Assembly: GCA_001179505.1 (NCBI GenBank)
Contig: CDMY01000077.1
Span: 124,001-188,000, forward strand
DNA length: 64,000 bases
Direction: 5' to 3'
Source: Vitrella brassicaformis CCMP3155
Taxonomy: Eukaryota; Protista; Chromerida
Below, one piece after another: positions 36,801 to 49,767 of this stretch. The notes beneath the pieces were generated by a model. That model was not told the origin of the DNA. It saw only the letters and a program-made list of their open reading frames with translations, and did not search any database. The translations under genes were made by a program, and so were the position numbers. Each line of letters begins with the position of its first letter. Position 1 is the first letter of the stretch.

Positions 36801-39024
36801 CGGCTCTGTCACCAAGAAGCAGGGCAAAATGGTCCAGAGCCTCTAGCAACAATGGGCCAAGGGAGCGGGGGCTCGGGACCGTCCTCTCCAGCACCGCTGA
36901 TCGAGACATGGGACACCCCGCCGGGATCGACGCAGGGCGGACCATCTGAGAGAGGGGGATTCCTCAGCTTTACCGGCCATCGGAGACACTCTGATGGCTA
37001 TGGGGGCCACCGATCTCACCACTGGAGCCCCGACCACCCCTTCGACACACTTGGTGCAGATAAGCTGCGAATGGACGCGAGAATGGTGTATCTCCGCATC
37101 AGCGACATGCGCAACCACATCACTCGCAGACTGGTGGGCACATACTACGCATCTTGACAGAACAGGCTTGCCGTAACTAACCAATCTTGCGTGTGTGTTT
37201 CACTCTCAGGCGACCATGATGGAAAAGATCTGCGGTATTCAGTCGTCCCAGGCCACAATGAGGGACTTTGCTACTCGGACTGACATGCGTTTCGACGAGC
37301 TCGAGTCCCTCCGGTGCCAGCCAAGCCAGAAGAGAAAAATCTCGGGATCCGACATGCATCTGAAACCGCAGCAGTCCCCTGAGGTCTCGCCTACCTCGTC
37401 TGCAGGGCTGCGCTCTGTCCCTTCCCTCGAGTGCAGCGCTCGTCTGGTCGACGCCCCGCCCGTCTCCTTCACACCATCGCCTGGAGGCCACCAATCCCAG
37501 AAGTCGACTCCCGACCGGCCCGACCCGACATCAAGCAATCCAGCGCCGCCAGAGCGAGCTACGAGTGTCATTCCTGATGCCCCTGCGCTCCCAGCAGTGA
37601 CACCGGACCAGTCCCAGGTGGCGTCGATAACGAGCGGCAGCAATGAGGACATTTCACCGACCGGGGCCAAGAGCATCGTCCGCAACGTATCCAGTGTCGG
37701 CCGCACGCGCAAGTCACTGATGCAGGCCTTGTTGCCGAGTACACATGACAGCAAGTGCCTGGATCCGTGCCTGCGGCCGTCTTCCTCGTCATCAATCTGC
37801 AAGAGCGTCGACCGAACTCCTGACCGAAGCCGAGAAGGGGACAAGGACGATCCGGGACAAGTCAAGCTGCACAATGCTCCGCTGCCGGGTGTCACTGAGT
37901 CACACCAGCTACCGCTCGACGCGCCGCCCCCTCTTCACCCGTCAGACCGAGAGGTGTCCTTCAGGAGCTCATCGGCTTTCCAAGACAATGTGGTGGAAAA
38001 GACGTCTCCCTTGTCTGTGCTGCCGCGCTTGGGTGACCGGCGGCCCACGCAGCTGCATCTCGGCGTTCGACGCTACCTCTCTGTCCCGGCTGCTGGCAAA
38101 GAGGAGGGGCAGGTGGAGTCAAGCAAGACGCCGGCGAGCGTTCCAGCAGACAAGAGGAGACTGAAGTCCTTTGACGAAGAGGCGGCGAGAAAAATGATAG
38201 AGAAGGAAAAAGAGGCACATGAGCACAAGAGCACGGCTGATGAAGGCCCTGACAAGAGCCAGAAGGGGGCGGAATTTGCGGTGCTCGTTGCTGCGGCCGT
38301 GACCATGGGAAGGCAGCCGAAAGAAGCCACTAGCGAGACGCCAACTCCTCTTGCCATCGGCCGACAGACTGATGTCCTTGTCAAAGGGAGGTCCAAGCTG
38401 CCAGCTGCCCACCCAATCGGCCCACCCCGCTCGTACACGACCAGCCTGGCCACCCGATCAGCACCTCAGCCCCATCTGCTGCAAGTCCCGAACTCTACTC
38501 CGGCTTCGCTAGAGGTATCGCCACGTGCCACTCCCATGGGCGGCTGGTCGCCGTACACGAGGCCAACAGGCTGGGAGCTGCGGCCGCCGGGCACGCCGCC
38601 TATATCGGAGCTCCAAAGCCAGCCGTCCTCTTCCTCCCTCACACATCGGAGCGCCTACTACACTCCAATGGAGAAGAGCGACAGCTTCGACAGCTTCGAG
38701 CTGTCGGTGTCCTGCGAGACACCCGAGCTTCAACGAGGCCCCCGCGAAGACATCTGTCCCCCGCCCCTCATCACAGACTCCGCGGGCGATCAAAGCACGG
38801 CCGCCGACACCACCCTGCCGACTGTCAAGAGCCCTTATTCGCGGCCGTTTCTCCTGAAGGAGGAGTATATGGAAGGCGGTCTGATGCAATCTGACAGGGT
38901 GCTGTATTCGATAGGCGAGAGGGGCGAATCGATTGAGTCAGAGGAGAAGATGTCTCAAGGCACAAGCAACGTCGGCAGCGCTTCATCTGTCAAAGGGAAG
39001 GAGAGCCCATGCTCGACGACATGA
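33839..39024 (+). CDS. Single-domain (6TM) voltage-gated cation channel with EF-hands and a long disordered C-terminal tail
   Basis: S1-S6 present. S4 is LRVARLVRLARILRVVRFFREL, pore WFGNMLRSIFTLFQ|VLTLEGWSEIAR, S6 LLNLVTGVIVDN. EF-hands ADVDKDHEVTREEF and LDHEGTGALR. The in-frame stop at 36844-36846 probably reflects a frameshift at ~36830 (see findings). Confidence 0.88.
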
Positions 39025-40075
39025 GCCCTTCCCTCCATACTCAACTTATGCGAATTCGGCGTCGGCGTCGCGTATTGTAGCATACTGTACTAAAGTTCTT
39101 ATTGCTACTGTTCTATGCTAGCGCTCCTCTTTTTGCAACTTATGCTAGCGCTCCTCTTTTACGTCAGAGTGACCTGGGCTGTGATGCGAGGCGTGCCACA
39201 GTGCTGAAGAGAGAGCCCGGAGAGTGGGAGCCTTCCGATGTCTTACGTCATGATATGTTTCTCTCAGGCTCGTCTGCGTGTGCATGTCTACTGTCTGTGT
39301 TCTGTACATGTCTAAGGGTGTGTGCACTCTTTCTCTTAGCTTTCATACCCTTCGATTGGCATTGCGCCGGCGTACATACGTACGGTCCGTGCAACGCTGC
39401 ACCTGTACTGTATATATGGAGATAGCGTGCTGAAATCAGCACCATTCTTGGGTAGCGGCATCGTAGACAGCCTTTCTATTTTTCTCACACACATTCAACG
39501 ATGCTGTGTGTCCCTTCTGTCCCTCTCATGTAGACTAGTTTAAGGGTCGACGACCACCATTAGTTTTCCCTGCTGGAGTGCTTTGGTAGATATGCGTACC
39601 TTTGTAGATCTATGCGAAAGGGAGCGCGCCTTTTCAGGCTTCTTTTTCCTGTCTGTCTGCGTTCCATATGTCTGGGATGTTGGGGTGACAGGCGGGAGCC
39701 ATTCGTCACCCCTCCTTTTTTAGTGTTCGATCGACCCCTTTGCTTCTGTTCTATACATTTGGTGTCTCCATGTTTGCGTCCGTGTCTGGGAAGAAGCGAC
39801 ACGGGCACGCGACAGCAGTGATGACAGCTTCTTGTTGCGATGCGACGGACTCCTTAACAGGACAGTGACACGTCCATTATCGATGAATCACTCCAGCGCT
39901 CATTGAATTTCCCCGCGACAAGACGTGTGACTGCATCGATGTGCTAGTAGGAGGAGTAAGTGCAGAACTGCTCCCGTCAACAGTCTTGGGCCAATGTGAG
40001 CGTTGTTTGGCTGCATGCACCTCCGTTGGTTCTCCCTTCCTCTGGCCCCCGTAGGCCCCCATACCGGTCGTCGAC

Positions 40076-43000
40076 ATGATTCCTCCTCTTCAAGTTCCGG
40101 CGCATCCGCAGCGCCCTCCGCGCACCATGCCTATGTCGGCTCCCTCCCCGTACGCAACACCAGTCCCCAACCCGCCGCTCGACGCTTACCCAAACCCGCC
40201 CAGCGCAGGCGCCACAGGCGCCAAGCCGAGGAGGGGCCGCAACAGAAGACTCGTGGCCAACAATGCTGCCTCCGGTGAGGAGAGGGACGGACCTGCAAGA
40301 CCCTGATGTGGAAGACAGTGTGTTCCCCATGTGGATGTGTTCTGTAGGGCGGGCTTCACTGTCGTCCTCTGCCAGCCGACCTCCTCCCGCCGCCGCCAGC
40401 CCCGATGCGCTGCAGCCGTCCGACACGGTGACCGCCCATTCGGCGACGCAGTCGTCATGGAGTCCGACCGACATGGCGCCGTCGCCGCCACCGCACAGGA
40501 ACCTTCCTTCGGCGGTGAGCGGGGGGCTGCCCATCCCCATGCCGACTGGGGCCAAGATGTGGCAGTCGGCCGCTGTCATGGAGGACAATGGGGAGGATGA
40601 TGCGCACAGTGAGATAGACGCAGACGGCCGGTGTGCAAGGAATGAACGGCCTGGTTGTGGCTGTCTCATATGTCCGTCGTGCAGTATCGTTGTCGCCCCG
40701 TAAGATGGGCTTGAGTGTGGGGTTCCCATCGTCCTCTTCCTCTGCTTCGGCATGGATCAGCGAGACGCCCCTGTTTGCTCTTGAAAGGCACCGAAAAGAG
40801 AACGAAAGACTGGTAGACACATAAACATGGACAGAAAGGATGTTGCTGTCTCATATCGTTTATTTTCCCTCTGTCCCTCCTCGCTCGTGCAGCGTGAGTT
40901 GAATCGTCAGGAGCGTGAGATGTTTGCGCTCGAGATGCGGCATTTAAAGAACAAGCTCAACAAGTACAGGTCGACCAACGTGCAGCTGCAGAACGATCTT
41001 AAGGCCACACAGACACTACTCAGCGAATCAAAGAAAGACAAAAGCCTACTACTCCAGGTGGGGACAAACAAGAGGAAACCATTCCAGCGTCAGGCCGCAG
41101 GAGCCTGCTTGTTGTGTCTGTGTGTCTGTCTGTGTATCAGAAATACCAGTTGCTTCAGGACCAGATGTCGAGTTTCAAAGCCCAGGTGGAGCACTCGTAC
41201 GCCGAGAAGAAGGCTGACCTGGAGAGAGTGCACCACCTTGAAGACTGCCTGGCAAAGCTCAGAGACGACCATCAGGTGCAGGCCGCCCCGAGCATTCATC
41301 CATTGGTGTCTCTCGCCTCTTGTGGTGTTTGTCTGCAGGTTGCCCTGACGGAGAGTCAGGCCAGGAGCGTCAAGGTGGCAACTCTCGAGAAGGAACTCTC
41401 CCTGGCGCAGCACCGCATTGAGAAGATGAGCTCCTCTACACTCCGTGTCGACAAGAAGCGCGATGAAGGCGGCAAGACACCCAACCGCCGCCTCTCCAAG
41501 ACCGGCAGCCGCCTCAGCCTCGCTCGGTCCATGCACAGTGTTCACGGGCTGCAGCGGCCCGGACAAGTCTCAGGACAGCCCAGAAGGGCCACCGGGCCAA
41601 GAGGTGGGTGGGGGACACACACCTAGACGGACAAACAAGAGAGACCAAGGAGCACCCCCCCAATGTATGTGTCTCTCCGCTTCCCGTTCGTTTGTACTCA
41701 GCCGCCACCATCGCACCAGGCTTTCCCACCAGCACAGCCATGTCCATGACGCAGATCAGCCCCCTCGCTTTGAACAGCACGCATCACCCCTCTGAGGCCG
41801 GCCTGTTGACCACTCTGCAGGCCCAGCTGCAGAGTGAGACCCTCCCGCTGATAGAGGCCGATGGACACACTCAGGGTCGCGACGACGAGAGCGTCATGGA
41901 CAGCGAGGCTGAGCTGGAGAGCCTGCAGATGCTGCAGGAGGCGTACGCCGAGATCGCTACACTCAGACACCAAAATGAACACATCAAAAAGCAAAACGCT
42001 GGTGAGCTGGGCGGGTGGGCAGGTGAGGCGATGGAGCAACGTGATATGGATGGAGTGGTGCTATGGTTTGGTGTGTGTAGAGTTGCAGGCAGCGTGTTCG
42101 GAGAACCTGTTGATGAAGGAATTGGAAGACGTCAAGGAGAGGTAAGTTCGTCGGACAGGGAGTGAGCGAGACACAATGTGCATGGATATGGATATGCACC
42201 TTGGCCTCTCAGGTACCAGTCTCTGCAGGAGGCCCTTCGCCTCGGCACAGCAGGTGAGGCGGCAACCTCACCTACACCGCTCAGCGACGACCAAAGCAGG
42301 AAGCCTGCCAAAGAAAGAGAGGGGTGGGCCGAACCCACAAACACACACCTTGTACTTCCATTGGCCATGAGGTGCATCTCACTTTGTCTTTCGTCCATCG
42401 ATGTATCAGTCGGCGATCGACTCAGCTTGCACTCACCGGCCCCCCGCCCACTGCAGCGGACTCCGCGCCACCCGGCCGATCGTCACACGAGGCACTTTTC
42501 TGGAAGTTCCTGCAGGAGCTCTTCAGGGTACCCTACCACCTGCCATACAGCCCTACCCGCATGGACAAGCAGAGAGCGGTAAGCAATGAGCAGCGCAGTG
42601 GTGCGTTGGTGGGTAAGGTGCCCCTGTCTGTCTGTCTGTCTGTTGTGTGCTGCAGGTGTATCGTCGTGTGGTGAAGTCGTTGCGGTCGTCATTGCGGTCT
42701 GACCCGCAGATGTGGCAGCCGGCATGGCGGGACCTGCTGCAGGTGCTCGGCAACGAGAAGGGCGTCAGGCTGCTCAGAAGACACCTCGCAAGGTCAGATA
42801 GTGAGCAGCGGGAAGGTCTCAGGATTTTGGCTCTTGCGTGCAGATTGCGGCTGGAGAAGCGCCACATGAGGATGAGGATACTCAGATTGCGCGTCAAGGT
42901 CCGCCCGCCGAGCTGACGGAGACTGACGGCCTTCACATAATCCACCAACATGTGCCTTCATGTATGGGTGAATGAATGCATATACAGATCACTGACGTGG

Positions 43001-46000
43001 CGTCTCGTTACCGGTCCCACTGCCGGGCTCTCGAGAACCAAGTCAAAGTGAAACAACTGGAGAAAGAGGACCAGGGTAGGCCTCGTCTAGTGCATGTGCT
43101 ATAGTGTGTGTCTGGATCTTCTGCATTCATAACACACATACAGTCGATGCTTTGGAGCACAAGCTCAAGGAGATTGTGACCGACCTCGAGACACGTGCCG
43201 GCGCCCACACAGGCCTCGCAACCATTCACAACTTCTTCAACGAACAGCTCAACGCTATCGAGGCCACAGTAAGCAAAAACCCACACGCAACCATCCATCC
43301 ATCTGTGTGCTTTCGTAGGCCGACGCCGATCGCGACGACCTCTCTCGCATTAAGGACCTCGGCCGCAACCTGCAGATCGCCCTGCCTGACGCAAGCACCG
43401 CCACTATCGGCATCGTCGCGCGGCGGGTGGTCGACGAGACGGTGGACCTACTGCAGGCGCGTATAGCCGAGAAGCAGGCGAGAGTGGCGCAGATCAAGGC
43501 GGGGCTGCTCAACGTAGAGAAGGACCTGCGAGTGCTGGACAAGAGGGCGAGGGAAGAGTTCCAGAAGAAGCTCAAGGAGTTTGAGGAGGCGCAGGCCAGG
43601 AGAGGGGGCGGTGCGGAGGAGGGCGGTGTCGAGGGTGCTGTGAACATGCCAGCTTTGTCGCCGGTGCAGCGGATTCCCTATGTGTCGATGATAGAGGGGC
43701 CCGACAGCTCTGAGCAGGATGTGCAGACGGATGAGGCAGGTCGGTTCGCCATGAGCTCTGGGTTGGTGGATGGGCACGTCTGTCACTCTCTGCCTGTCTC
43801 TGTATGTGTGTCAGGGATCGTGTCTCAGCGTCTGTTGTTCCAGGACGAGAAGATCTTCAATGAGACCGTCCCGGCCGAGGTGGTCATCTATGCGATTCGC
43901 GAAGAAGTGAGACAGACGCTCCAATGATCCACATACACACACCTCCACCTGCATCACTGCCTGCGCATGTCTGCCTTTCTGTCTGTCTGTCTGTCTGCCT
44001 GTCAGGACATATTGATCCGTGTGATGATGGCTGACCTCGACTGGCCGCTCTTCCTTTACGCCATATTCGACTCAATCACATTCCCTAAAGGTAGGAAGCT
44101 ACACACATCCCTGCCTGAATGCACGGAGCACGCCATAACACACAGCACACAGAAGCATCTCTTCTCGTGCCTTGCCTTTTAGATAAGAGTTTGGATGAGT
44201 CTGCCATCTCGGACAGCGCCGCCCTCGAGTCATCCTCTGCTCAGCGGCTGGCCACTGCAGTGGCCAAACACGAAGAGGCAGATGAGGACGACATCACTTC
44301 ACAAACTGAGGAAAGAGGTACCCCTTGCCGGTGTGCCTGCCCTGCCCTGCCCACCTGTCTGCCTGCGCACCCCTTCGTCTGTGTGTGGTGTAGGCGGCAA
44401 GCATCAGACTATCGACGAGAGCATGGCGTCAAAGTTGGTGGAGCTGATCGATATCGAGTACGTGCGCGGCTTCCCCCACCTGGTACTGCTCGGCCAGGAG
44501 GACCCTGATGCTGCCAAACACGACCCACAGCCACGGCCCGCACTCGACGTCGACTGCCTCTACAACGACGAACGGGTCTTCACTTTCTGTGTCAATATCG
44601 GTCAGTGAGACATGTGTGAGAGCTCTCACAGCCATTCCTGTCTTTCTGGGTGTGTGATTGGTTCAGGTGGGATTCCTTGGCTCAGTTCTCTGCTGCAGTG
44701 CAAGCGGACTCGCCATGGCATGGTCAGTCAGTCAGTGTCCATATATCTGCGCCCATGGCATGGCTCCATATGAATGTGCCTCCAGGTGTTTTACCACCTG
44801 TGTCTCTACCTGCCGGTCACCGGCTGGTGCCGCTATGCCTCCATGGCCTCAAGACACCTGTGCAGATACCTCGTAACAACCAACACAACACAGACACAGA
44901 CACACGCACTATTCATATCACTCTCTCACTCACCGCTCTGCCCGCTCGATCGATGGATCAGGGTCTGAACAAGCCTTCGGAGTTCCAGCGGCTGGTGGAC
45001 GAGTGGCGGCGCAACCCGTCCCTGCTGCAGCCGACGGCCGACGAGCAGATCCACGTGCCCATGTTCGTCCTGGGCGACCTCGTGGTGCCTCCCGCTGGTG
45101 CTACCGGTCTGGCGGGCGGGGGCGGTGGAAGCGTCTCGTCTTTCAGCCGGTCACCCACAGCATACGCGCTGACTTCCAGTGGGCGACACAGCGTGGAGGA
45201 TGAGAACACGGCCATGCTGCGCAAACTCCTCGCCGTGTTCGGACAGGTGTGTGTCACTCGAGCATATGTGATATGAGAGGAAAGCATGTGTGTTGTGTGG
45301 TGTCGCTGGGCAGGTGTTCCACCAGGAGCTCGTCGGCCGGGACATCCGGGAAGAGACACTGTAAGCGAAATGAAACAAATGCACTGATTGATGACTCTGA
45401 CGGCATCGCTGTGTGGGGCATGCAGCGATTCCCTTCCCGATTGGCACTTTGAGGAGATCATCATCAAAGGCAGACTCAACTCACAGGTGAGCAGATGGCC
45501 ACCACAGGCCACATGTCACATCGTCCTTATGTCTGCAGGATCGTCTTGGGTTTGTTGAGGAGCTCAACAGCTCGGCAGAGAAGAGCAAACTCATCGAAGA
45601 CAAGAAAGCAAGGTGTGCCAGTCACTCTCCCACCCCATCCCTCCAAGCCGACTACGGAAGCACATAGAGCACTGTTTGTGTCATGTGTCTGCAGGAAGCA
45701 AAGAAGGAGCTTCCTCAAGGCCAAACAGAAGGGCAAAGAGGAACCGGTGAGAATGAAAAGGAGCATCTTGATTTGTGCACAAGTGACTCACGCACGTGTG
45801 TGTGTGTCTTAGGAGGCGGCACTCCAGGCAGCAGCGGCAGCGGCAGCGGCCGCTGGCGGTGCTGAGGGCGAGGCCCCGCAGGCAGCGCCGCAAATCACAG
45901 AAGGAGACATCACATTCCTACAAGTAACACACGCACAGACACACACACACGTGCCCGTGATGTACATCTGGTTTGTTCAGGCCGTTCTGCGGATTGCACC

Positions 46001-46416
46001 CGACGGTTACGTAACGGTGTCATGGGCGCCCGACAACCGTGCAGACACCGTCATCATCGAAGACACGGGGGACCAGACCGACAGCGGCGGAGAGGCAGCG
46101 GGAGCAGGAGACACAACGTGTATGCAACACACACAAACCCACACAAATCAGAAAAGTGTCGCCCAGATGGCCGTCTGCGTTCTTGTCTGCAGTTCAGCGT
46201 CAGAGGACCGTTCGTGTGTCTTTGCCGGCGGCCGAGCATGATGCCTCAGCGGATAGGAGTCAGGAGGGCGAGAGCTCGGGTGCCGAAGACGGGGGCGGCG
46301 CATCCAGCAGCGGATCGAGCGATGAGAGGGAGGGGGGCGGGGAGGGTGAAGCAGAAGGGGAAGGGGAGGCGGACATGTCGCTGACTGGACCGGATGGTGT
46401 AGACAGTAGTACGTAG
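40076..46416 (+). CDS. Large multi-exon coiled-coil protein of unknown function (possibly two genes)
   Basis: Pro-rich N-terminus, then coiled-coil exons (RELNRQEREMFALEMRHLKNKLNKY, VDETVDLLQARIAEKQARVAQIK), a globular-looking region (DILIRVMMADLDWPLFLYAIFDSITFPK, LIDIEYVRGFPHLVLL) and an acidic Gly-rich end. Consistent GT..AG junctions. Confidence 0.65.
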
Positions 46417-46873
46417 CCTTCTGTGTGCGTCGGGTCAGAGAGAGGTACATGCGATTCGTTCGTGGGGGAAGGGGCTTTCCAGCTGCATTTGCTGTACGTA
46501 CTGTTGTTTGTTATGGCAGGCAGGCAGGCATTGACAATGCGCGCGTACGCGTGAGTCCGTGCAATGTGTCCGTCTACTCTGCCCGTCCACTCAGTGTGTA
46601 GGCATGTACGTACCAACACCGAAAAAGACCATATGCAGTCAGTCAGTACACTACCACGTCTCTTCGACAAACCACCGTCGTAGATAGCCTGATCCACAGT
46701 CGCGCCTACCCGCACGTCACACACACGTACGCAAACTTACACCCGAGGGAAGCATCGCCTCCCTCCCTGCCTGCGGTTGCCTTGCGCTGCTGACTGCCCG
46801 ACTACGGAGAAATCCCATACCCACTAATTGCCCTGTATCTCTCTCTACACTACTCCGCCAATCAATCAGTCCG

Positions 46874-47836
46874 TCAGTCGGCGCGCACCAGCACAAAGGT
46901 GTTGCCCTTGTCGCCCCGCGATATCCGCATCTCGTCGTCAAGATACGTGACATCCAACGCACCTGCATGATACACACAGTTGGATGGATGAGCAACCACC
47001 ACAAGCGACTGACCTCTTGCTGTGTCTGGCGCCTTGATTCGCAGCGAGCCGAGGTAGAAATACGTGAACTTGACGTCCACTGCGCTGTCAGATGTGGGCG
47101 TCAACTCGGCCTCCACTCTGTTGGTGATGCGGACACCCGGGATGGGCGAGATGGTCTCTCTGTTCTCGGCAGTGAGGGCCTTGGCATCAATGGTTTGGAA
47201 AATCTCGTCCTTGACTGGCCTGAATGGGGGGAGCCTCCTCGTGCCCTTGATGGACTCGCTAGTCGTCCATATCAGCCTGATGGAACACAGAAACACCACA
47301 TGGCAGGGACACCATGCATCAGCACACAGCCGCGGCACTGCATGTCGTCGTGGTGCCCCTTCTCACCTCCACTTGCCGCTGAGAAGAGGACTCTTGAGCG
47401 CTCTGCAACAGAGCAAACAAAGACAGCACACAAGCGGCCGTGGTCCCTCTCACAGCCATCGCCGTGTGTTCGTTGGCACCTCCTGTTGGGATTGAGTTTC
47501 TCGACTTGCTCGACGGCCGTGAGCACCTCAGAGTCCGACAGACCCCTCCGTATGGCCTCCCTGAGCGCGTCTTTCTTCTTTGTGGCTGTCGCAGGTGATT
47601 TGCCGATGCCCAAGATCATCGACACAGACTGGGCGGATCTCCTCGGCTGCCGCACGGCAAGATCCAGCCGCCCAGACGCCTGCAAAAGAAAGAACAGCAC
47701 ATCAATCAATCGGACGACAGTGTCTTCGCATTATCTTGCATGTGAATACCTGGCTGGCAATGGTTCGCAGGCCGTAGCCGCAGGCGGATGAGATGCAAGA
47801 CAAGACAAGCACGAAAACGCAAAGAACAGGCTCCAT
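46874..47836 (-). CDS. PAP/fibrillin family plastid lipid-associated protein with a bipartite targeting sequence
   Basis: Signal peptide MEPVLCVFVLVLSCISSACGYG and an Arg/Ser-rich transit region. Then KDALREAI..AVEQVEKLNP..LIWTTSES..EIFQTID..ENRE..VEAELTP..VDVKFTYF..GALDVTYLDDEMRISRGDKGNTFVLVRAD*. Confidence 0.9.
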
Positions 47837-48061
47837 TTTTTTTCAGCACCTTCTATTGCGGATGCGAGCTAGAAGGTAGATCTGCTCCCAAGTAAGGCGC
47901 CCAGCGAGCTGAGCGCGATGCACGACCCCCGCAGGTGAGAGCGCTGTTGAAGGAGAATGGGGAGGTGTGCCCACATACACGAAGCATGTCATCATAGGTG
48001 AGTGAGTGGCTTGAATAAAGAAAAGGCACGTCACGGCACATCACAGGTCATGCAGCTGTGT

Positions 48062-48097
<36 letters not shown>

Positions 48098-48323
48098 TGT
48101 AGCACGAACACGAACAGGCAGAACACAGGCAGAGAACGCACGCAGCATGAAACAGGCACGAGGACGAGCAGCACAGCACAGCACAGCACAGCGCAGCACG
48201 AGCAGGCATGAAGAGGCAGAGCAGGTGTGGTGTGGCCGGGAGGCGCAGACTAAAACGATGGCAAGTCAGGGCGTCAACACAAAATGACCGAGGAGAGATA
48301 TGTGTGTGTGTGTGTGTGTGGAA

Positions 48324-48490
48324 TCACTTCTTGTCCAGCTTCTTCTTGATCTCCTTGGCCTTCTTGATGTCGAGTTTGTTGGGGGCCACGCTCTTGAGGA
48401 GCTTGCCGAGAGCCGACTGGTCATCGGCCTTGGCGAGAGCAGCCCACAGCTGGACGGCGTCCTTGTCGTTTGCGTCGATGGCGTCGCTGA
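48324..48490 (-). CDS. Terminal exon of an unidentified gene
   Basis: After a gtgtgcag acceptor: EFSDAIDANDKDAVQLWAALAKADDQSALGKLLKSVAPNKLDIKKAKEIKKKLDKK*, with strongly coding-like codon usage. Confidence 0.55.
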
Positions 48491-49115
48491 ACTCTGCACA
48501 CAGAGAAGAGAGAGAGAAAGAGAGTCCTCGCTGTGTTCGACACACATGTCTGCCCGTTTCAGTAGGCCTCACTGTCCTTCCTTTTATGTATCTGTGTACA
48601 GTGCATGTGGATATGTATCGGTTTACCATTAGGTGTCGTGCTTGTCGTTCTGTTGTCTTACAATGCTCATGCTCTGTCTGCATTCGTGCCTGTGCCGTAT
48701 GTGTCTCTCTATTGATCGCCAGGACTGTTCTCACCTTTTTGCGTGTGATTTGATACGATGTGCATGTCCAGATGCTTCGGTGTCTTGGCCTGTTGACAAT
48801 CGATGGTTTCTGTTGCGTGTCTTTACGTGTTTTCGTACATGTTTGTCATGGTGTTGTCTGTGTTCTCTTCTACATGTTCGTCTGGGTCCTCTGTCGTTCT
48901 CTGTTCGCCCATGAATGTTTCTTGGAACGTCTGTCTCATATGCACGCCGATTGGCCATGAAACACACCGTCTCGCACCTTAGGCAGTGACCGACCGACCG
49001 TCCGTCAGCTCCTCGCCTCCGATTGCCGGGGCACAGATGGACACACGGTCTGCGACGCACTAGCGAGGTCCTGCTTGAAACTCCGAACACATACACACAA
49101 CACACAATCACTCAC

Positions 49116-49260
49116 CCATCAGAAGACACCTCCTTGCCCCATCTTGGCACTCGAATGGTCCTGATGCGCGTCTGCACTGCGTGTGGGTAGATGACGATGT
49201 TCTGGCCGACCTCCAGCCGCCCCGACAGCAATGCAATTGCAGCAATGTCCCCGTCAGCAC
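49116..49260 (-). CDS. Exon resembling a translation-factor domain II beta-barrel (EF-Tu/eEF1A D2-like) fragment
   Basis: GDIAAIALLSGRLEVGQNIVIYPHAVQTRIRTIRVP fits the pattern G.v..g.v.sG.l..G..v.i.P.....v..I, recognised by eye only. Confidence 0.35.
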
Positions 49261-49767
49261 GGTGCCTTGCCCTTCAGAGGAGCCAATGACGAGGCGGCGT
49301 GGGTGTGTTTCTCACTCGAGCTCTGTTCGCCGTTGTGCGTGAGGGACCTTCACACTGGGACTGATTTTTAAGGGTGGGGGCTGCATGCGCTTTCCTGGCG
49401 TCTTTTCCGTGTGCGTTTTTTTTTCGGTTGGTTTTTTCTGTGGGTCGATTGGCAACCCCGGAAGAACCGATCCGACGAACGGGCGCAAAAAAAGTAGCCT
49501 AGAGCACTCCCCCCAGCTGGGTGCTTTTGGGGGGGTCGTGAATCTGCGCATTGCAAAACGACTGTGTGCTAACGATTTTCTGCAGCTGACGACTAAATAG
49601 CCTTGATATGGAGCGTAAGAAGGCGTCTTCATGACACACATGCACAAGCAGGGCAAGTCGGCATGAGCATCCCATGAAGAAGGCAGTGCAAAATTGTCCC
49701 AATGAGTCAGCACTTAAACCGACACCATGCACGCACCGAGTCATCATTCTCTCAGCTACTGAGGCAG

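Noticed and set aside
39114-39161. Tandem 20-bp repeat tatgctagcgctcctctttt in a 3' flank
   Set aside because: Simple local slippage duplication with no further structure.
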